Position numbers and translations under genes: made by a program
Notes under the pieces: model-generated
The model's database searches: none
Told to the model about the DNA's origin: nothing
What the model saw: the letters and a program-made list of their open reading frames with translations, nothing else
Assembly: GCA_045531045.1 (NCBI GenBank)
Contig: JAZSDI010000102.1
Coordinates: forward strand, 1-42,825
Length of the DNA stretch: 42,825 nucleotides
Direction: 5' to 3'
Source: Acutalibacteraceae bacterium
GTDB lineage: Bacteria > Bacillota > Clostridia > Oscillospirales > Acutalibacteraceae
In this document: positions 1 through 9,410 of the stretch, piece by piece
Layout: every line of letters begins with the position of its first letter
How positions within the stretch are numbered: the first letter of the stretch is position 1

Positions 1-620
1 CAAACCTTAAAGCAATTTGCGACTTGGCTGATGAGTATGATGCGCTTGTTATGGTTGACGACAGCCACGCTGCAGGTTTTATGGGCGATACCGGCAGAGG
101 CACTCCCGAATATTGTGGTGTTAGTGGTAGAGTTGATATTATCACAGGTACATTCGGTAAGGCTTTAGGTGGCGCTTCGGGTGGTTTCACTTCAGGTAGA
201 AGAGAAATTATCGATTTACTTCGCCAACGTTCTCGTCCTTATCTTTCCTCTAACACAATGGCTCCTGCCGTTGTTGCAGGTTCCATTAAGGTTTTGGAAA
301 TGCTTGAAAACGATACCTCTATCAGAGAAAAATTGTTCAACAACACAAAATTATTTGCTCAAAAGATTAAAGAGATTGGTTTAGATGTAATCGATGCAGG
401 AACTCCCATTATCCCCGTTATGCTTTATGACGAGCACAAGGCTGTTGAAATGGCAAAAAGAATGATGGAAAAGGGCGTTTATGTGGTTGCTTTCTCCTAT
501 CCCGTTGTTCCGAGAGGTAAGGCAAGAATTAGAACACAGATGTCTGCCGCTTTAAGCGAAGAAGATATCAACTATATTGTAGAATGCTTTAAGCAGGTTA
601 AGGAAGAAATGGGATTATAA
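1..620 (+). CDS. kbl: Glycine C-acetyltransferase / 2-amino-3-ketobutyrate CoA ligase, 5'-truncated by the window edge
   Basis: The frame is open from nt 3 (NLKAICDLADEYDALVMVDDSHAAGF). The PLP-lysine context GTFGKALGGASGG is typical of alpha-oxoamine synthases. Stop at 618-620. Confidence 0.85.
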   Translation, partial: NLKAICDLADEYDALVMVDDSHAAGFMGDTGRGTPEYCGVSGRVDIITGTFGKALGGASGGFTSGRREIIDLLRQRSRPYLSSNTMAPAVVAGSIKVLEMLENDTSIREKLFNNTKLFAQKIKEIGLDVIDAGTPIIPVMLYDEHKAVEMAKRMMEKGVYVVAFSYPVVPRGKARIRTQMSAALSEEDINYIVECFKQVKEEMGL

Positions 621-623
621 TGT

Positions 624-1271
624 ATGAATGATACAATTATAATTTTCATTATGGAAATAGTAGGTACGGTTGCTTTTGCGGTATCGGGCTCTTTGGTTGC
701 AGTTAAAGGAAGCCTTGATTTGTTCGGCGTAATTTTCGTCGGTTGTGTCACGGCTGTTGGCGGAGGAATATCACGTGATATTTTAATGGGAAGATTCCCA
801 CCCGCCATTTTCTCTAACACATTCTTTTTGGCTATTGCAGCCGTAACCTGTGTTTTGGCATTTGTTTTTTCCTATTTAAGAAGAAAATCATTCACCGATT
901 TCAGAAGAAGACTTGAGGTTGTTAACAATTTCTTCGATGCGATAGGTTTGGCAGCATTCACCGTCACTGGTGTTGAAAGTGCAATTACTTATGAATTTTC
1001 AAACTATCCCGTCTTTGCAATATCGGCGGGTGTCTTAACCGGTATCGGCGGCGGTATTATCCGTGATGTTTTGGTTGACAAAACACCCTATGTTTTAAGA
1101 AAACATATATACGCATTAGCATCTGCAATAGGCGGTTGTTTATATTTCTATACAAGAATTTATCTTAACAAAACTGTTGCAGTTTTCATTTCGGTAGGTA
1201 TAATAATATTAATAAGAATTCTGGCAACGAAATTTCATTGGAAACTGCCAAAGGTTATTGTTGAAGAATAA
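624..1271 (+). CDS. TRIC-type cation channel / UPF0126 (YadS-like) membrane protein
   Basis: 215 aa and polytopic, with two internal repeats each carrying the glycine-rich UPF0126 motif (GGGISRDILMG and GGGIIRDVLV). ATG lies 3 nt after the kbl stop. Confidence 0.8.
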   Translation: MNDTIIIFIMEIVGTVAFAVSGSLVAVKGSLDLFGVIFVGCVTAVGGGISRDILMGRFPPAIFSNTFFLAIAAVTCVLAFVFSYLRRKSFTDFRRRLEVVNNFFDAIGLAAFTVTGVESAITYEFSNYPVFAISAGVLTGIGGGIIRDVLVDKTPYVLRKHIYALASAIGGCLYFYTRIYLNKTVAVFISVGIIILIRILATKFHWKLPKVIVEE

Positions 1272-1289
1272 AAGGACGGAGGATAGAAA

Positions 1290-2204
1290 ATGACTATACA
1301 GCAATGTAAATATGTTTTGAAAATTGCAGAATGCGGTTCCCTTAACGAAGCTGCAAAACAGCTTTTCGTGGCTCAGTCAAGTCTATCTGTAAGCGTCAAG
1401 TCTTTGGAACAGGAATTAAACATTAAAATTTTTGAAAGAGCAGGCAACGGAATTTCTCTAACAGAAGATGGTGCCGAGTTTGTAAGATATGCTAAGCAAC
1501 TTACACAGCAAAATGATTTTATAGTCAACCGATATTCCCGTGATAAAAACCGCAAACGCTTATATGTTTCAACACAGCATTATGACTTTGTGGCAGATAT
1601 TTTCGGAAATCTGGTTAATCAGACCAAAGACGAGTTTTTTGACTATTCTTTGCGTGAAATGAAAACCTATGATGTTATAAGGGAAACCGAAACAGCATAT
1701 TGCGATATCGGAATTATTGCTATAAAATCAAGCGATATTGGTATTATGCAACGTTATTTAAAGAAAAAGAATTTGCTTTTCACACCTTTCTTGGAAGCTT
1801 CACCTCATATCTTTGTGAGAAAAAACCATCCGCTTGCTGACAAAAGCGAAATTTCCTTGGAAACGCTTGGAAATTATCCCTTCGTTTCATACGAGCAGGG
1901 TGAACACAGCGTCTCATTTTTTACCGAGGAAATTGTTGAAATCCACAGTGACAAGCATATAGAAATAAGTGACAGAGCAAGTCTTATGAACGTTTTGCTT
2001 TCTACCGACTGTTATACAGTTGGCACGGGCATTATGCCGTCTTTACTTAACGAGGGCAGAATAGTAAGTATTCCCTTTGAAAGTGAAGACCATTACACAA
2101 TCGGATATATTTTAAGAAGCGATATAAACACATCAAAACTTGCAAAAACATTTATAGAAATGTTAAATTTTTCCGTAAAAGACTATACAAACGGCAAAAA
2201 TTGA
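1290..2204 (+). CDS. LysR-family transcriptional regulator
   Basis: N-terminal wHTH signature (CGSLNEAAKQLFVAQSSLSVSVKSLEQELNIKIFER) followed by a ~200-aa substrate-binding domain. GGAGG RBS upstream. Confidence 0.9.
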   Translation: MTIQQCKYVLKIAECGSLNEAAKQLFVAQSSLSVSVKSLEQELNIKIFERAGNGISLTEDGAEFVRYAKQLTQQNDFIVNRYSRDKNRKRLYVSTQHYDFVADIFGNLVNQTKDEFFDYSLREMKTYDVIRETETAYCDIGIIAIKSSDIGIMQRYLKKKNLLFTPFLEASPHIFVRKNHPLADKSEISLETLGNYPFVSYEQGEHSVSFFTEEIVEIHSDKHIEISDRASLMNVLLSTDCYTVGTGIMPSLLNEGRIVSIPFESEDHYTIGYILRSDINTSKLAKTFIEMLNFSVKDYTNGKN

Positions 2205-2237
2205 GGTAATATAAAGAAAAACAATAGGAGATAAACT

Positions 2238-3731
2238 ATGAACTACATAAGCACAAGAGATAAATCTATAAAGGTTTCTGCCGCAAAAGCCATTGCTCAG
2301 GGCATTTCGGTAGAGGGTGGACTTTTCGTTCCCGATACTTTCCCTCTTTTTACAGAAGACGATTTTAATGCACTCAAAAAATTAGATTATAAAGGCAGAG
2401 CAAAGTATGTTTTAAGCAATTTTCTTAACGACTTCACAGATGAAGAAGTTGATTATTGTGTAAACGGCGCATATACAGGCACCTTTGATAACGAGCTTCC
2501 TGCTCCTATGTCAGCCGTTGGCGAAAATCAGAAAATACTTGAATTATGGCACGGTCCCACCTGCGCATTTAAGGATTTGGCTTTGCAGATTTTGCCTTAT
2601 TTGCTCACAACCGCTGCTAAAAAGGTAAATGGCGGCAAAAAGGCTGTTATTCTTGTTGCAACATCGGGCGATACAGGTAAGGCTGCACTTGAAGGCTTTA
2701 AGGATGTTGAAAACACCGAGATTTTGGTATTCTATCCAAGCGATGGCGTAAGCCCAATGCAAAAATTGCAGATGGATACCCAAAAGGGCGACAATGTTCA
2801 TGTTTGCGCAATTAAAGGTAATTTTGACGATGCACAGTCAGGCGTTAAAAAAATATTTACCGACAATGCAGTTAAAGAAAAATTGCTTGAAAACGGTATG
2901 CTCTTCTCCTCTGCTAACTCAATTAACTGGGGCAGACTTGTTCCTCAGATTGTATATTATATTTCTGCTTACTGCGATTTACTTAGCACGGACGAGAAGA
3001 TTAAGGAAAACGGCTTCAATGTTGTTGTTCCCACAGGTAACTTCGGAAACATTTTAGCGGCTTACTATGCAAAGAAGATGGGCGTTCCTGTAAACAAACT
3101 TATTTGCGCTTCTAATGCCAATAATGTTCTTACCGATTTTATAAGAACCGGCAAATATGACCGCAACCGTGATTTCTATACCACCATAACTCCTTCAATG
3201 GATATCTTGATTTCAAGCAACCTTGAAAGAATGTTGTTTGAACTTTCAAATAATGATGATAAATTTGTAGCACGACTTCAGGCAAACTTGGCTGAAAACG
3301 GCACCTTTACAATCGATGGCGAAGTTAAAGAGAAGCTTGGCGAATTATTCTGGGCAGGTTGCTCTGACGATAAGGCTACTCTTGAAACAGTGGCAAAATA
3401 TTTCGGTGAATACGGTTATCTTGTTGATACCCACACTGCCGTTGCACTTGATGTTTATAATCAGTATCTAAAGGAAACAGGCGATGACAGAACAGTGGTT
3501 GTAGCATCAACCGCATCTCCTTACAAGTTTGTAAGAAGTGTGCTCGAGGCTGTGAGCGACAAGGCTGTTGACAACGAGTTTGAAAACGCTAAAATCTTGT
3601 CTGAGGTTACAAACACCGAAATTCCCGAGCAGATTAAAGCGCTTGAAACTGCCGAAGTAAGATTTAACGAGCTTCGTGAAAAGGACGAGATGTTAGCATC
3701 TGTTTATGCAAATTTGGGAATAGAGAACTAA
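2238..3731 (+). CDS. thrC: Threonine synthase
   Basis: 497 aa. PLP-lysine motif WHGPTCAFKDLALQ and GDTGKAA loop. AGGAG RBS at 2226-2230. Confidence 0.93.
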   Translation: MNYISTRDKSIKVSAAKAIAQGISVEGGLFVPDTFPLFTEDDFNALKKLDYKGRAKYVLSNFLNDFTDEEVDYCVNGAYTGTFDNELPAPMSAVGENQKILELWHGPTCAFKDLALQILPYLLTTAAKKVNGGKKAVILVATSGDTGKAALEGFKDVENTEILVFYPSDGVSPMQKLQMDTQKGDNVHVCAIKGNFDDAQSGVKKIFTDNAVKEKLLENGMLFSSANSINWGRLVPQIVYYISAYCDLLSTDEKIKENGFNVVVPTGNFGNILAAYYAKKMGVPVNKLICASNANNVLTDFIRTGKYDRNRDFYTTITPSMDILISSNLERMLFELSNNDDKFVARLQANLAENGTFTIDGEVKEKLGELFWAGCSDDKATLETVAKYFGEYGYLVDTHTAVALDVYNQYLKETGDDRTVVVASTASPYKFVRSVLEAVSDKAVDNEFENAKILSEVTNTEIPEQIKALETAEVRFNELREKDEMLASVYANLGIEN

Positions 3732-3737
3732 AATTTC

Positions 3738-3765
3738 AAAGCCCCTTTCGGGGCTTTGTTTTTTT
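3738..3765 (+). terminator. Rho-independent terminator after thrC
   Basis: Hairpin AAAGCCCC-tttc-GGGGCTTT (3738-3757) followed by a T-run (GTTTTTTTG). Confidence 0.85.
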
Positions 3766-3783
3766 GTGTAAAATATAACCTCG

Positions 3784-3812
3784 TTGACTTTAGAGAAAAT
3801 TTCGTGTAAACT
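3784..3812 (+). promoter_or_regulatory. Candidate sigma-A promoter for the gtrA-like / vanZ-NTase pair
   Basis: TTGACT (3784-3789), a 17-nt spacer, then TAAACT (3807-3812), about 35 nt upstream of the 3849 start. Confidence 0.45.
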
Positions 3813-3848
3813 ATAAATAGTTTAATATTTTAAGAAAGGGGAGCGGAT

Positions 3849-4343
3849 ATGGAAAAGATTATAAAGTTTTTCGAAAATCTGCTCCTTAAATTTATGTCTT
3901 TTTTGAAAATACCGGAGAAAATTCAGCAAAAAGCGGTGCAGTTTATTGAGTTTTGCGTGGTTGGAGTTTCAAATACACTGATTCATTATGCAGTTTACGC
4001 TTTGCTTGTGTTTTTAAGGTTAAATTATGTTTTGGCAAACCTTATTGCCTTTCTGATTAGCGTTACAAATGCTTTTTATTGGAACAACAAGTATGTTTTC
4101 AAAACCCGTCAGGGTGAAAAACGCTCACTTTTGCGGTCTTTTCTTAAAACCGTTTTGTCCTATGGCATAACGGGTCTTGGGTTATCCACCGTTTTGCTTA
4201 TTTTGTGGGTGGAAATACTGCATTTGCCCGAACTTTTGGGACCTGTTCTTAATTTGCTTGTAACCATACCGCTTAACTTTTTGCTTAATAAATTTTGGGC
4301 TTTTGGGTCAAAGTTGAAGCCCGAAGAAAGCGGTAAATTATGA
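3849..4343 (+). CDS. GtrA-family membrane protein (putative lipid-linked sugar translocation accessory)
   Basis: 164 aa with four hydrophobic helices. GtrA hallmarks are FCVVGVSNTLIHYAVYALL at the first helix and a C-terminal LNKFWAF. GGGGAG RBS. Confidence 0.8.
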   Translation: MEKIIKFFENLLLKFMSFLKIPEKIQQKAVQFIEFCVVGVSNTLIHYAVYALLVFLRLNYVLANLIAFLISVTNAFYWNNKYVFKTRQGEKRSLLRSFLKTVLSYGITGLGLSTVLLILWVEILHLPELLGPVLNLLVTIPLNFLLNKFWAFGSKLKPEESGKL

Positions 4344-6061
4344 GTGGTTGGATATATGCCAGACCCTTGTTTCTGGTTTTTGTTGTGGCTGTATTTTTTA
4401 TAATTGTCTATTCGTTTTTCAATCTGGTTTTCAGTGATAAAAAATGGATTAGGGTATTTAATTTTTTACTTTTTGCACTCTCGGCTTTAGCGATTTTGAA
4501 TTTAACTGTTTTTTCAAGAAACGGCAATGTTAATGATTTGGAACTGAGACCATTTTACAGTTTTATAATGGCAAAAGATGAGCCTGAAATGTACCGCACA
4601 GTTTTAATGAACTGGTTTTTATATGTACCTCTCGGCACGGTTTTGCCCTATTTTTTATCTAAAAGTTTTAGAAAAATCAATGTTTTAATCACATCTGTTG
4701 CAGGATTGATTTTGTCGGTTTTTGTCGAATGGTTGCAGTTTTATTTTTCTCTTGGAAGAAGCGAGACCGACGATGTTATTTTCAACACTTTAGGCGCTGT
4801 GACAGGCGCTTGTGGATATTTGCTATACGGATTTTTAAAAGGGAAAGAAACAAAAATGAAAGAAACTTCAAAGAATTTGCAAACGGCATTTTCACACCTT
4901 TGTTCCTTTGCTCTTTTTGGCAAGGAAACTCAGACAAAAGAATTTGAAGTGGAAGAAATTTTAAAAGAGGCAAACCGCCAAACGGTTTACCCCTTGATTT
5001 GTTCTGCTCTTGAGTCGGTTTCGGGCAAAAATTACACCGCTACCCCTGAATTTTTGCAAAGAATTGCCGAAAATATGCGTGTTTGCTATGACCACGCTGA
5101 AATCCACCGAATTTTAACCCAAAAGGGTATAAAATATGTCGCTTTCAAGGGTGTGGCGTCGGCAAAATATTATAAAGAGCCTATTTTAAGAATGATGGGT
5201 GACACTGATATTCTCGTCTACCCCGAGGATATTAAAGAGGTTGATTTGGCGCTGAAAGAAATCGGCTATAACACATTGGAATCTTTGGAAAAAGACCACG
5301 GGCATATTGCATACACAAGAAAAAAGGGCGAATCCGAGTCTAAATGTGAGGTGCATTTCTCGGTTGGCGGAATACCCAAAAATAAGGCAGAGGTTTTTAG
5401 TGAATATTTAAATGTAATCGAAAATGCCGAAATTATAAACACCCAAAACGGCGAGTGTTTAGTGCCAAACAAATTCCACCACGGTGTAATTTTGCTATTA
5501 CACACTGCAACTCACTTGGTAAGAGAGGGTGTGGGATTAAGGCACCTTTGCGACTGGGCGGTTTTTGTGAACTCGGTTTCTGACAAGGAAATGACCGAAA
5601 CCTTTGAAAAGCCTTTAAAGGAAATGGGACTTTGGGAGTTTTCAAAAATTTTAACCGCTACTTGTATAGAGCATTTAGGTTGTGAGAAAAAGGCGTGGGC
5701 GGAAAATGTCGAAAAAGAACTTTCAGACGAGATTTTTTCGGATATTTTCTCGGGCGGAAATTTCGGCACAAAGGACAGTGACCGATACGCTCAAATTAAG
5801 TATATTACAGACCGAAAAGATGGCTCGGTTGACCGCACAAATCCCATTTTACAGGTTTTTAAAACCCTTACAGAAAAGACCAGACGAGAGGTAAAATTCG
5901 TTAAAGAACACCCTGTTTTGTTGCCTTTTGGTGTGGTTTTCATATCTGCAAAATATCTGTTTTTGGTGGCAACTAGAAAACGCAAAGCCGACAGCCTGAA
6001 AACCATAAACGACGCCAAACACCGCAAGGATATTTACAGTGAATTTAAACTATTTGAATAA
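4340..6061 (+). CDS. Fusion protein: N-terminal VanZ-like membrane domain plus C-terminal uncharacterised nucleotidyltransferase (NTP_transf_5-like) domain
   Basis: Residues ~1-170 are polytopic with VanZ motifs (NWFLYVPLGTVLP; EWLQFYFSLGRSETDDVIFNTLGAVTG). Residues ~200-573 are soluble with a GxxxS...DxD-type core (FKGVASAKYY...MGDTDILVYPEDI). The ATGA overlap with the gtrA-like stop indicates translational coupling. Confidence 0.7.
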   Translation: MSGWIYARPLFLVFVVAVFFIIVYSFFNLVFSDKKWIRVFNFLLFALSALAILNLTVFSRNGNVNDLELRPFYSFIMAKDEPEMYRTVLMNWFLYVPLGTVLPYFLSKSFRKINVLITSVAGLILSVFVEWLQFYFSLGRSETDDVIFNTLGAVTGACGYLLYGFLKGKETKMKETSKNLQTAFSHLCSFALFGKETQTKEFEVEEILKEANRQTVYPLICSALESVSGKNYTATPEFLQRIAENMRVCYDHAEIHRILTQKGIKYVAFKGVASAKYYKEPILRMMGDTDILVYPEDIKEVDLALKEIGYNTLESLEKDHGHIAYTRKKGESESKCEVHFSVGGIPKNKAEVFSEYLNVIENAEIINTQNGECLVPNKFHHGVILLLHTATHLVREGVGLRHLCDWAVFVNSVSDKEMTETFEKPLKEMGLWEFSKILTATCIEHLGCEKKAWAENVEKELSDEIFSDIFSGGNFGTKDSDRYAQIKYITDRKDGSVDRTNPILQVFKTLTEKTRREVKFVKEHPVLLPFGVVFISAKYLFLVATRKRKADSLKTINDAKHRKDIYSEFKLFE

Positions 6062-6063
6062 AC

Positions 6064-6088
6064 AAAACCCCCAAATAATTGGGGGTTT
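6064..6088. terminator. Bidirectional rho-independent terminator between the convergent vanZ-NTase gene and hisIE
   Basis: AAAACCCCC-aaataatt-GGGGGTTT hairpin with a T-run on the plus strand (ATTTTTAT) and TTTTGTT on the minus strand. Confidence 0.85.
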
Positions 6089-6092
6089 ATTT

Positions 6093-6740
6093 TTATACCA
6101 TCTTCTCTTGTTTTACCTTATGGTCGATAATGTGGCGGGAAGCCAGTTCCTTTCTGACTTCTTCGAGGGTTATGCCCATTTCGTTCATAAGCACCATAAC
6201 GTGATATGTAAGGTCGGCAATTTCATAAATTGTCTCTGCCTTATCGCCCGATTTTGCGCCGATTATAACCTCGGTTGACTCCTCGCCCACCTTTTTGAGA
6301 ATTTTGTCCACACCCTTTGAGAAAAGGTAGGTGGTGTATGAGCCCTCGGGCATTTTTTCTTTGCGCTCAGCTAACATATCGTAAAGAACATCAAGGGAAT
6401 ATTCTTCTCTCGTTTCGCTTTTAAAAATTTCATTTGTAAAGCAAGAATCGGTGCCTAAGTGACAGGCAGGACCCTCTTTTTCCACCATAACAACCAGTGC
6501 ATCACCGTCACAGTCGGCAGTTATTGAAACAATGTGCTGATAGTTTCCGCTGGTTTCACCTTTAAGCCAAAGCTCGTTTCTTGAACGGCTGAAAAAACAG
6601 GTCATTTCTTTTTCAATGGAAATTTTAAGGCTTTCGGCGTTCATATATGCCACAGTCAGCACTTTTTTGGAGTGGGCATCTACCACAACGGCAGGGATTA
6701 AACCTTTTTCATCAAATTTCAAACTGTTTATATCAATCAT
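6093..6740 (-). CDS. hisIE: Bifunctional phosphoribosyl-AMP cyclohydrolase / phosphoribosyl-ATP diphosphatase
   Basis: 215 aa. The HisI part has [20 protein letters not shown] and CDGDALVV...GPACHLG. The HisE tail has [24 protein letters not shown]. Confidence 0.95.
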   Translation of the reverse strand: MIDINSLKFDEKGLIPAVVVDAHSKKVLTVAYMNAESLKISIEKEMTCFFSRSRNELWLKGETSGNYQHIVSITADCDGDALVVMVEKEGPACHLGTDSCFTNEIFKSETREEYSLDVLYDMLAERKEKMPEGSYTTYLFSKGVDKILKKVGEESTEVIIGAKSGDKAETIYEIADLTYHVMVLMNEMGITLEEVRKELASRHIIDHKVKQEKMV

Positions 6741-6741
6741 T

Positions 6742-7503
6742 TTAAATGCTCCTTACTAAAATGTCATTATCTTTTAAGGTTTGTTTAAGGTCGGCAATTT
6801 TAACCTGACCGAAATGGAAAATCGAAGCGGCAAGACCGGCATCAATGTCGGGAATTTCCTTGAAAAGAGTCACAAAATCCTCACTGGAACCCGCACCGCC
6901 CGAGGCAATAACGGGAACGTTAACGGCTTTTCTTACCTCTTTTAACATTTCCAAATCAAAGCCTTTTTTAACACCGTCGGTGTCGATTGAGTTTATAACA
7001 ACCTCACCGGCGCCACGCTCTACACACTCTTTAATCCAACCGATAGCCTCAATGCCTGTGTCCTCTCGTCCGCCCTTTGCAAAAACACGGAATTCGCCGT
7101 CAACACGCTTGGCATCCACCGAAATTACAACACATTGGTTGCCGTATTTTCTCGCAGCCTCGTTTATTAAATCGGGGTTTTTAATTGCGCCCGAATTTAC
7201 ACTCACCTTGTCGGCTCCGCATTTCAAAACTCGGTCGAAATCATCAATGGTGTTAATTCCGCCACCAACAGTAAGCGGGATAAAAATATTTTTTGCAACC
7301 TCTTTTAAAATGTCGGTGAATAGTTTTCTACCGTCGCTCGAAGCGGTAATATCATAGAAAACAAGCTCGTCTGCACCGCAGTCGCTGTAATATTTTCCAA
7401 GCTCAACGGGAGAGGAAACATCATTTAAATTTTCAAAGTTTACACCCTTAACAACACGCCCGTTGCGAACATCAAGACAAGGGATAATTCTTTTTGTTAT
7501 CAT
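6742..7503 (-). CDS. hisF: Imidazole glycerol phosphate synthase, cyclase subunit
   Basis: [23 protein letters not shown]; 253 aa (beta/alpha)8 HisF pattern. Confidence 0.96.
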   Translation of the reverse strand: MITKRIIPCLDVRNGRVVKGVNFENLNDVSSPVELGKYYSDCGADELVFYDITASSDGRKLFTDILKEVAKNIFIPLTVGGGINTIDDFDRVLKCGADKVSVNSGAIKNPDLINEAARKYGNQCVVISVDAKRVDGEFRVFAKGGREDTGIEAIGWIKECVERGAGEVVINSIDTDGVKKGFDLEMLKEVRKAVNVPVIASGGAGSSEDFVTLFKEIPDIDAGLAASIFHFGQVKIADLKQTLKDNDILVRSI

Positions 7504-8213
7504 TTCGATACCTCGATAGCCTCTTTTAAATCTATTGCGCCAATGTAATAAGCCTTGCCGATTATGGCGCCGTAAATATCCATTTTTCTAAGTTCTCGTA
7601 TATCTTCCAAGGTGGAAACACCACCTGAAGCAGTGATATTTACATTAAATTTTTTGGATAATTTACGGTAAAGCTCCAAATTGGTGCCTTTCATTGCGCC
7701 GTCCTTTGAAACATCGGTGCAAATAATATATTTAACCCCCAAATTCTGCATTTCTTCGCAAAACTCGAAGGGGTCAATACCGCTTGATTCGGTCCAACCC
7801 TTAATGGCAACAAAGCCGTCCTTAATATCAATTCCAACGGCAATTCTGTCACCAAATTTCGACAAAGCCTCTTTCAAAAAAGCCTCGTCCTTAACGGCGG
7901 CAGTGCCTAAAATCACACGGTCGACACCGCTTGAAAGATATTTTTCAACCGTTTCAATGTCACGAATACCGCCGCCGATTTCGGTAAAAAGATTAGTTTG
8001 GTTGGCGATTTGTTTTACGGTATCAATATTGGGTGTTGTGCCGTCCTTAGCGCCCTCTAAATCCACAAGATGAATAAATTTTGCGCCTTTGCTTTCAAAA
8101 TCACGGGCTACCTCTAAAGGATTATCGCTATAAACGGTCATCTGGTTGTAGTCACCTTTGAAAAGGCGGACAGCCTTGCCCGAAACTAAATCTATTGCAG
8201 GGAAAATATACAT
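7500..8213 (-). CDS. hisA: ProFAR isomerase (1-(5-phosphoribosyl)-5-[(5-phosphoribosylamino)methylideneamino]imidazole-4-carboxamide isomerase)
   Basis: IFPAIDLVSGKAVRLFKGDY start and GGGIRD loop. 4-nt overlap with hisF. Confidence 0.95.
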   Translation of the reverse strand: MYIFPAIDLVSGKAVRLFKGDYNQMTVYSDNPLEVARDFESKGAKFIHLVDLEGAKDGTTPNIDTVKQIANQTNLFTEIGGGIRDIETVEKYLSSGVDRVILGTAAVKDEAFLKEALSKFGDRIAVGIDIKDGFVAIKGWTESSGIDPFEFCEEMQNLGVKYIICTDVSKDGAMKGTNLELYRKLSKKFNVNITASGGVSTLEDIRELRKMDIYGAIIGKAYYIGAIDLKEAIEVSK

Positions 8214-8214
8214 T

Positions 8215-8823
8215 TTATACCTCGCTGAATGCTTTTAAAATTTTGAGTCCCACATTACCGCTCTTTTCGGGGTGGAACTGGCAACCGTAAATGTTACCCA
8301 TACCCACCGCAGCGGTCAAATCCTTGCCGTATTCGGCGGTGGCAAGTAAAGAGTCTTCACAGTCCACCGCATAAAAGGAGTGGACAAAATAAACGCAGTC
8401 GCCCTCATTAATATACTTAAAAATGGGGCTTTGTTTAACAAATTTAAGTGAGTTCCAGCCAATGTGGGGGATTTTAAGCTTGCTTGGAATTGTGCCTTCC
8501 ATACCTATAACCTTGCCCTTTAAAAGACCTAAGCCCTCATATTCGCCGTATTCATAGCTTTTTTCAAAAGGCAACTGCATTCCAAGGCAAATACCCATCA
8601 AGGGTGTGCCCTTTGCTACCTTTTCTTTGATAATTTCACAAAGACCGCTTTGGAACAGTTTTTTGGAAGCATCTCCAAAGGCACCGACACCAGGTAATAT
8701 CAGTCGGTCGGCTTTTTTAATAACCTCGGGGTCGCTGGTTATCACCGCATCAACCCCGATAGCCGAAAAAGAGGAGACAAGGGAAAACAAATTTCCCACG
8801 CCGTAATCAATAATCGCTAACAT
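8215..8823 (-). CDS. hisH: Imidazole glycerol phosphate synthase, glutaminase subunit
   Basis: IAIIDYGVGNLFS, catalytic Cys context GICLGMQL, and FHPEKSG. Confidence 0.95.
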   Translation of the reverse strand: MLAIIDYGVGNLFSLVSSFSAIGVDAVITSDPEVIKKADRLILPGVGAFGDASKKLFQSGLCEIIKEKVAKGTPLMGICLGMQLPFEKSYEYGEYEGLGLLKGKVIGMEGTIPSKLKIPHIGWNSLKFVKQSPIFKYINEGDCVYFVHSFYAVDCEDSLLATAEYGKDLTAAVGMGNIYGCQFHPEKSGNVGLKILKAFSEV

Positions 8824-9410
8824 TAAAGTACTCCTTTGGTGGAGGGAATTTCGTTTTTAAATCTTTCGTCAATGCTAACCGCCTCTTTCAAAGAACGGGC
8901 AACCGATTTGAAAGCACCCTCAATTATGTGGTGGGAATTGTAACCCTCAAGCTGATTAATGTGAAGTGTTATGTTGGAATTTCGCACAAATGCCTCAAAA
9001 AACTCCCTTACCAACTCGGTGTCAAAATCGCCAACACGCTGGGTGGGAATATCCAAGCGAAAGCCTAAATAGCTTCTGCCCGAAATGTCAACAGCGGTTA
9101 AAATAAGACTTTCGTCCATAGGCAAAATGAAACTGCCGTAACGCTTAATTCCTCGCATTTCACCCAAACAGTTTGCCAGTGCCTTACCTAAAACAATGCC
9201 GATGTCCTCAACCGTGTGGTGATAGTCAACATAAGTGTCACCCACGCATTTCACCTCTAAATCAAACCTTGCATGGCGGGAAAAAAGGGTCAGCATGTGG
9301 TCTAAAAAACCACAGCCTGTGTCAATAGAGTTTTTACCCTCGCCATCAATGTTTAGCTTCAGTTTAATGTCGGTTTCGTTTGTTTTGCGGTTAATTTCGC
9401 TCGTTCTCAT
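8823..9410 (-). CDS. hisB: Imidazoleglycerol-phosphate dehydratase (monofunctional)
   Basis: 195 aa. RKTNETDIKLKLNIDG and histidine-rich metal motifs (DYHHTVEDIG, NSHHIIEGAFK). Confidence 0.95.
   Translation of the reverse strand: MRTSEINRKTNETDIKLKLNIDGEGKNSIDTGCGFLDHMLTLFSRHARFDLEVKCVGDTYVDYHHTVEDIGIVLGKALANCLGEMRGIKRYGSFILPMDESLILTAVDISGRSYLGFRLDIPTQRVGDFDTELVREFFEAFVRNSNITLHINQLEGYNSHHIIEGAFKSVARSLKEAVSIDERFKNEIPSTKGVL

Noticed and set aside
4729-4973. Cluster of small ORFs on both strands (4729-4947, 4741-4923, 4782-4973) at the VanZ/NTase domain boundary.
   Set aside because: All are internal to the 573-aa ORF, lysine/arginine-rich or low-complexity, and lack RBSs. The linker region of the fusion simply has relaxed composition.
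6845-7357. 170-aa ORF antisense to hisF. Similar long antisense or alternate-frame ORFs occur at 7681-8073, 10536-10895, 10645-10980 and 18781-19311.
   Set aside because: They lie entirely inside strongly supported conserved genes. Their translations are low-complexity (S/P/T/A/L-rich) with no recognisable motifs and no RBS. These are typical shadow ORFs of GC-richer coding sequence.
8823-9410. No histidinol-phosphate phosphatase in the his operon; hisB is a monofunctional dehydratase.
   Set aside because: This is expected for Firmicutes, where a PHP-family HisJ/HisK phosphatase is usually encoded elsewhere.
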